64,000 nucleotides of DNA, taken from Pseudomonadota bacterium. Its GTDB lineage: Bacteria > Desulfobacterota > Binatia > Binatales > Binataceae. The position numbers and the translations under genes were made by a program. Location of the stretch: NCBI GenBank assembly GCA_021324755.1, contig JAJPIL010000006.1, positions 49,109 through 113,108 on the forward strand, in the 5' to 3' direction. Below the pieces are notes generated by a model. It had not been told where the DNA came from, ran no database searches, and saw nothing but the letters and a program-made list of their open reading frames with translations. Of the stretch, positions 59,868 through 64,000 are shown one piece after another. The stretch's first letter is position 1. Every line of letters begins with the position of its first letter.

Positions 59868-61418
59868 GTGATTGTCGAAAGTCGAACTCAAAATCCGTTG
59901 ATGGCGGGGCTCGAGAAAGCACTCGTGCCTCAGCCCTGCACGTTGATTATTTTTGGTGGGTCAGGTGACCTGTCGCGGCGCAAGCTTTTACCTGCGCTCT
60001 ACAATTTGGCGTTGGACGGTCATTTGCCTGCCGGTTTTGAAGTCATCGGCTTTGCCCGAAGCGAAATGGACGACGCAAAATACCGAAGCTTTGCCTGCGA
60101 GGCGGTGCAGAAGTTTTCGCGTCGCCCATATGACGCGGCCCACTGGGCGGAGTTCGAGCGGGCACTTCATTACCAAACCGCGTCATTCGACGATCCAAAA
60201 TCGTACCAGGCTCTGAAAAGTAGGCTTGACGAAATCGAGGCGCGGGGAGCCACTTTAGGCAACCGCATATTCTACCTCGCGATACCTCCCAGCTTCATCG
60301 GACTCTGCGCCCGCCAGCTTAAAGAGGCAGGTCTGGTTCATCCTGCAAAAGGTGCGGAGCAATTCTCGCGAATCATCGTTGAAAAGCCGCTTGGGCACGA
60401 TCTGGAATCGGCGCGCAAGATCAATGACGAACTAGCTCACGTTTTCGACGAGAGCCAAATATACCGAATCGACCATTATCTCGGCAAAGAGACGGTTCAG
60501 AATATTTTGGTGATGCGGTTCGGTAATTCGATTTTCGAGCCACTGTGGGACGAGAAGCATATCGATCACGTGCAGATCACGGTGGCGGAAGAAGAAGGTG
60601 TGGGCACGCGCGCGGGTTATTACGAGGAAGCCGGCGCTTTGCGCGATATAGTTCAGAACCATATTCTGCAGCTGCTTTGCATGGTCGCGATGGAGCCGCC
60701 GTACGTGATGGATCCGGAGGTGATTCGTTCCCACAAACTTGAAGTGTTGCGTTGCCTGCGTCCGTTCACGCCGCAAGACGTCGAGCGCTACGTGGTGCGC
60801 GCCCAGTATTCCGCTGGCTTCTGTCGCGGCCTCCCAGTGGTGGGCTACCGGCAGGAGAAGTGCTTGAAGATCGACTCTACCACCGAGACGTACGTGGCCT
60901 TGCGCACCTTTGTCGACAACTGGCGGTGGGCCGGGGTTCCGTTTTACCTGAGAACCGGCAAGCGGATGGCTAAACGGGCGACCGAGATCACCGTTCAGTT
61001 CAAAAACGTTCCACGCGTGCTGTTCAACGTCGACGCGACCAACCCTCTGGAACCTAACGTGCTGGCGATTCGGATTCAGCCCGACGAGGGCATTTCGCTG
61101 CGTATCTCGGCCAAGCTTACCGGGGCAAGAGTGCGAATCTACCCAGTTAAGATGGACTTTCGCTATGGCACGACGTTTGGTGCCGACGCTACGCCGGAGG
61201 CCTACGAGCGGCTGATACTGGACGTGATGGCGGGAGATCCCACTTTGTTCATGCGTCGCGACGAAGTCGAGGCCGCCTGGCAGTGGATCGACTTGGTTCA
61301 GGAAGCATGGCAGCAGAAGGCGCCGGAAAGACTGCCAGAGTACGCCGCTGGGACGTGGGGACCGCCAGAAGCTGACCGGCTAATCGAAAGCGACGGGCGT
61401 AGATGGAGGACTTTGTGA
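59868..61418 (+). CDS. zwf: Glucose-6-phosphate 1-dehydrogenase
   Basis: IFGGSGDLSRRKLLPALYNL NADP-binding motif; RIDHYLGKE active-site motif. Confidence 0.9.
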   Translation: MIVESRTQNPLMAGLEKALVPQPCTLIIFGGSGDLSRRKLLPALYNLALDGHLPAGFEVIGFARSEMDDAKYRSFACEAVQKFSRRPYDAAHWAEFERALHYQTASFDDPKSYQALKSRLDEIEARGATLGNRIFYLAIPPSFIGLCARQLKEAGLVHPAKGAEQFSRIIVEKPLGHDLESARKINDELAHVFDESQIYRIDHYLGKETVQNILVMRFGNSIFEPLWDEKHIDHVQITVAEEEGVGTRAGYYEEAGALRDIVQNHILQLLCMVAMEPPYVMDPEVIRSHKLEVLRCLRPFTPQDVERYVVRAQYSAGFCRGLPVVGYRQEKCLKIDSTTETYVALRTFVDNWRWAGVPFYLRTGKRMAKRATEITVQFKNVPRVLFNVDATNPLEPNVLAIRIQPDEGISLRISAKLTGARVRIYPVKMDFRYGTTFGADATPEAYERLILDVMAGDPTLFMRRDEVEAAWQWIDLVQEAWQQKAPERLPEYAAGTWGPPEADRLIESDGRRWRTL

Positions 61419-62530
61419 GCTCAGAGGTACACCATTATATTTCGCATCCGCCGCGCCCGGTGCCGCTCGAGGCGCTGGAGGACGAATTGATAAAGCTGTG
61501 GCGCCATCCCGAGCAGGCGCAAGAGCTAGGCACGCACGCGGTGCGCGCCTGCATGGCAAATTTAATCGTTTTTTATTCTCCCGCGCACGGGCCCGCTGAC
61601 CTGGATAAGACGCTGATCGAGACCGTGCAACGCCATCCCAGCCGATTGATCATTTTGCAGGAAGAGGCCGATAGCGGCTCCATCCATCCTGAAGCTTTGG
61701 TGTCTACCCATCTGGACCAATCGCATCAGGTGTTTTGCGAGCAAATCACGCTACGCGCCGGGCAAAACGGCTTGGAGCGGTTCCCGTCTTTGGTGACCGG
61801 TTTGCTTTTAGAGGATCTTCCTACTTCGTTATGGTGGGCGTCGTCGAAGCCGCTACCGCATTCTCAAATATGGTTTTTAGAAACCTCCCGCCTGGCTAGT
61901 CAGCTTATTTATGACAGTTTTACTTGGCAGGACGCGCGCCAGGGGATTCGAGCCGTGACCCAGTGGCTTTCGTCGACGGAAGGAGACCAGACGGCGGCCG
62001 ACCTGGCCTGGCGGAGGCTTAAACCATGGCGTAGGGTCATAGCCCAGGCCCTGGACCCGGCTTTGGTGCCTAGCGCGCTTGAATCGATTGTTCGCGTATC
62101 GATCAAGCACGGTCCGCATGCGCTTCCCCAGGCCTGGCTTTTGGCCGGATGGATGGCGCATCTTTTGGGCTGGCAACTAAAAAGCGGCAAAGTGGCCTTA
62201 GGCGTCGAGATCGTATGGCAGTTTGAAAGCAAAACTGGCTCGGTGAGCGTCGCTTGCTGCCGGTTGACAGAAGGAGAGTACGCGTTGCTCGAGACGGCGA
62301 TCGCGTGGCAACGGGGTGGTAGGACTTGTCAGGCGCGCTTTAGAGCCGACGACTCGACCCGGATCACTGTCGATTACGAAGGGGTTGAGCTTAAACCCCG
62401 TTCGGTTGTGCTTCCGCAGCGCACGCTCGGCGCCCTCGTCGCTCGGCAGTTGTCAGACTTCAGCGGCGACCCCTTGTTCGAACAGGCGCTGGGGGTGGCG
62501 CGAGAGATGGCGGATGCTCTCGAGCAATGA
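61403..62530 (+). CDS. opcA: Glucose-6-phosphate dehydrogenase assembly protein OpcA
   Basis: 375 aa immediately downstream of and overlapping zwf, as in cyanobacteria/actinobacteria; sequence consistent with OpcA family by recall. Confidence 0.65.
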   Translation: MEDFVSSEVHHYISHPPRPVPLEALEDELIKLWRHPEQAQELGTHAVRACMANLIVFYSPAHGPADLDKTLIETVQRHPSRLIILQEEADSGSIHPEALVSTHLDQSHQVFCEQITLRAGQNGLERFPSLVTGLLLEDLPTSLWWASSKPLPHSQIWFLETSRLASQLIYDSFTWQDARQGIRAVTQWLSSTEGDQTAADLAWRRLKPWRRVIAQALDPALVPSALESIVRVSIKHGPHALPQAWLLAGWMAHLLGWQLKSGKVALGVEIVWQFESKTGSVSVACCRLTEGEYALLETAIAWQRGGRTCQARFRADDSTRITVDYEGVELKPRSVVLPQRTLGALVARQLSDFSGDPLFEQALGVAREMADALEQ

Positions 62531-63297
62531 GTCGTCCGGTTGGAGAGATAAAAGTCGCGTCGGACTTGGAAGAGCTCAGCCAATTGGCGGCTGAGGAGTT
62601 TGTAAGGCTCGCTCAAAAAGCGATGGGCGAGCGCGGCCGATTTAGCGTTGTGCTGTCCGGCGGCAAGACTCCGCGAACGCTCTATGAGATATTGGCCCGG
62701 GCGCCATTGCGAGACAGGGTCGAGTGGCAATGTGTCGACTTTTTCTGGGGCGATGAGCGCGCTGTTGCATCCGAGGACGAAGAATCGAACTTCCGCATGG
62801 CCAATGAAACATTGATCACCAAAGTGGCAGTCAACCCAGAAAGAGTCCATCGGATGCCGGCAGACGAGCCCGACCTCGATTCTGCCGCAAAAAATTACCA
62901 AAACGCTATCGCGAGGGTTTTTAACGTAGATCCGGCTGGGGAGCCGCCCAGTATGGATTTAGTGCTGCTTGGACTGGGGCCAGACGGCCACACCGCGTCG
63001 CTATTCCCATATACGAAAGCTATCGACGAAACAGAGCGATGGGTAGTGCCCAATTACGTGCCACGCCTGAGAGCAAATCGCATGACGATGACGGCCAGAA
63101 TCATAAATCGGGCGGCCGAGGTGATGTTTTTGGTGGCAGGCGAAGGTAAAGCCGTTGCTTTGGCTCAAGTGCTCGAAGGGCCTTACGACCCAAAACGGTT
63201 GCCCGCGCAAAAGATAAGGCCTGAAACAGGCCGACTACTTTGGTTGATCGATCGAAAGGCGGCCGGCGAACTTAAAAGTCGAACGCAAAGCAGCTAG
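62527..63297 (+). CDS. pgl: 6-phosphogluconolactonase
   Basis: FSVVLSGGKTP and FFWGDERAV motifs of the NagB/RpiA/CoA-transferase-like 6PGL family; overlaps opcA stop. Confidence 0.8.
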   Translation: MSRPVGEIKVASDLEELSQLAAEEFVRLAQKAMGERGRFSVVLSGGKTPRTLYEILARAPLRDRVEWQCVDFFWGDERAVASEDEESNFRMANETLITKVAVNPERVHRMPADEPDLDSAAKNYQNAIARVFNVDPAGEPPSMDLVLLGLGPDGHTASLFPYTKAIDETERWVVPNYVPRLRANRMTMTARIINRAAEVMFLVAGEGKAVALAQVLEGPYDPKRLPAQKIRPETGRLLWLIDRKAAGELKSRTQSS

Positions 63298-63360
63298 CGA
63301 GTTTGCTAGCCTCATTCATTAAAAGAACGCCAAAAGAACGCCGTTCGGAGTCGCACAGTC

Positions 63361-64000
63361 ATGTTCCTTGCGGGGGATGTGGGCGGTACAAAGACTGCGA
63401 TCGCGCTTTTCGAGGAGCGCGAGAATAAGCTTCATATCACGCGCGAGATGGTCGTCCATAGCGCAGAGTACGCGTCGCTCGAAGAGGCTGTCGGAAAGTT
63501 TTTGTCGGCAACACCACAGCACGAGATTCGCGCGGCCTGTTTTGGCGTGCCTGGAATTGTCATGGACGGGCGATGCCATGCGACTAATTTGCCGTGGGTG
63601 GTCGACGAGAGAGAGCTTGCCCGCAAGATCGGTGGGTGCGCGGTGAAGCTGATTAACGATCTTGAAGCGACCGCGCTTGGGATGCTCGAACTGCCGCGAG
63701 ATCAGTTCGAAACGATTCAGGCCGGGGCAACAGAGGCCCGGGTCGGCAACGTAGGCGTGATCGCCGCCGGGACCGGGCTGGGCGAAGCGGTACTCCACTG
63801 GACCGGAGCGAGGTTCGAGCCGCTTGCGTGCGAGGCCGGCCATGCGGATTTTGCTCCCCGTACAGAACTGGAGATCGAGCTGCTACGGTACCTTAAAGGT
63901 ATGCTGGGGGGACACGTGAGTTACGAGCGTGTGATCTCGGGACCAGGCATTCACAACATTTACCAGTTTTTGCGCGACTATGGCTTTGCGCCTGAGGCTG
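63361..64000 (+). CDS. glk: Glucokinase (Glk family), 3-prime partial at window end
   Basis: MFLAGDVGGTKTAIALFEE N-terminus, INDLEATALGM, AAGTGLGEAVL, CEAGHADFAP motifs; open frame with no stop to position 64000; absent from ORF track because no stop codon. Confidence 0.8.
   Translation, partial: MFLAGDVGGTKTAIALFEERENKLHITREMVVHSAEYASLEEAVGKFLSATPQHEIRAACFGVPGIVMDGRCHATNLPWVVDERELARKIGGCAVKLINDLEATALGMLELPRDQFETIQAGATEARVGNVGVIAAGTGLGEAVLHWTGARFEPLACEAGHADFAPRTELEIELLRYLKGMLGGHVSYERVISGPGIHNIYQFLRDYGFAPEA

Noticed and set aside
1-64000. Searched for CRISPR repeats, IS/transposase/integrase genes, phage genes and toxin-antitoxin pairs
   Set aside because: No regularly spaced direct repeats and no recombinase- or transposase-like ORFs were seen; the window looks like stable core chromosome.

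Overview
This is a high-GC (about 58-60%) bacterial chromosomal window, densely coding and organised around central carbon metabolism. I found no tRNA, rRNA, CRISPR array, transposase or integrase.

Content from left to right:
- 70-3081: lactate-utilisation genes lutA, lutC and lutB on the minus strand.
- 3128-4878: queG on the minus strand, divergent from an A-type Fe-S carrier (HesB/IscA/ErpA family) on the plus strand.
- 5301-7064: the rpsF, PriB/SSB-like, rpsR, rplI ribosomal operon.
- 7078-7725: a glutathione S-transferase.
- 8809-11610: envelope and miscellaneous genes, namely an LpxL-like acyltransferase, a CPBP protease and an SDR oxidoreductase.
- 11902-14336: a GDP-mannose precursor pair, phosphomannomutase and mannose-1-phosphate guanylyltransferase.
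- 14552-18594: small hydrolases and an epimerase.
- 18666-19595: a BtuF-like cobalamin-binding protein, with a possible cobalamin riboswitch upstream.
- 19934-20227: pterin-4a-carbinolamine dehydratase.
- 20428-21387: nitronate monooxygenase.
- 21609-23799: a TPR/Gly-rich membrane protein and a nitrilase.
- 23911-28345: a malonate module, with malonyl-CoA synthetase divergent from malonyl-CoA decarboxylase plus an M20 peptidase.
- 28558-47238: a large glycogen and alpha-glucan cluster (glgP, glgX, glgA, a GH57 enzyme, glgB, a GH13 alpha-glucosidase). Embedded in it are an ackA carrying an in-frame amber codon, a GNAT-fused ADP-forming acetyl-CoA synthetase (Pat-like), pgk and a universal stress protein.
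- 47459-49712: an orphan RND-type membrane-fusion protein, followed by a Cys-rich hypothetical.
- 49920-53939: a 3-hydroxyacyl-CoA dehydrogenase, an FAD oxidoreductase and a class III aminotransferase.
- 54661-64000: a pentose-phosphate/glycolysis operon (bifunctional transaldolase/PGI, tkt, zwf, opcA, pgl and a partial glk).

I did not find a clearly novel multi-gene system. The observations most worth a second look are the interrupted ackA next to the Pat-like fusion, a riboswitch-like leader, a perfect 20-bp palindrome upstream of the Fe-S carrier gene, a structured repeat module upstream of the pentose-phosphate operon, and the orphan MFP with its Cys-rich neighbour.

Coordinates of CDSs follow the supplied ORF track, with start codons adjusted where an internal ATG with a ribosome-binding site was visible. 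The track appears to translate alternative start codons as M. Coordinates of non-coding motifs are by hand count and may be off by 1-2 nt.
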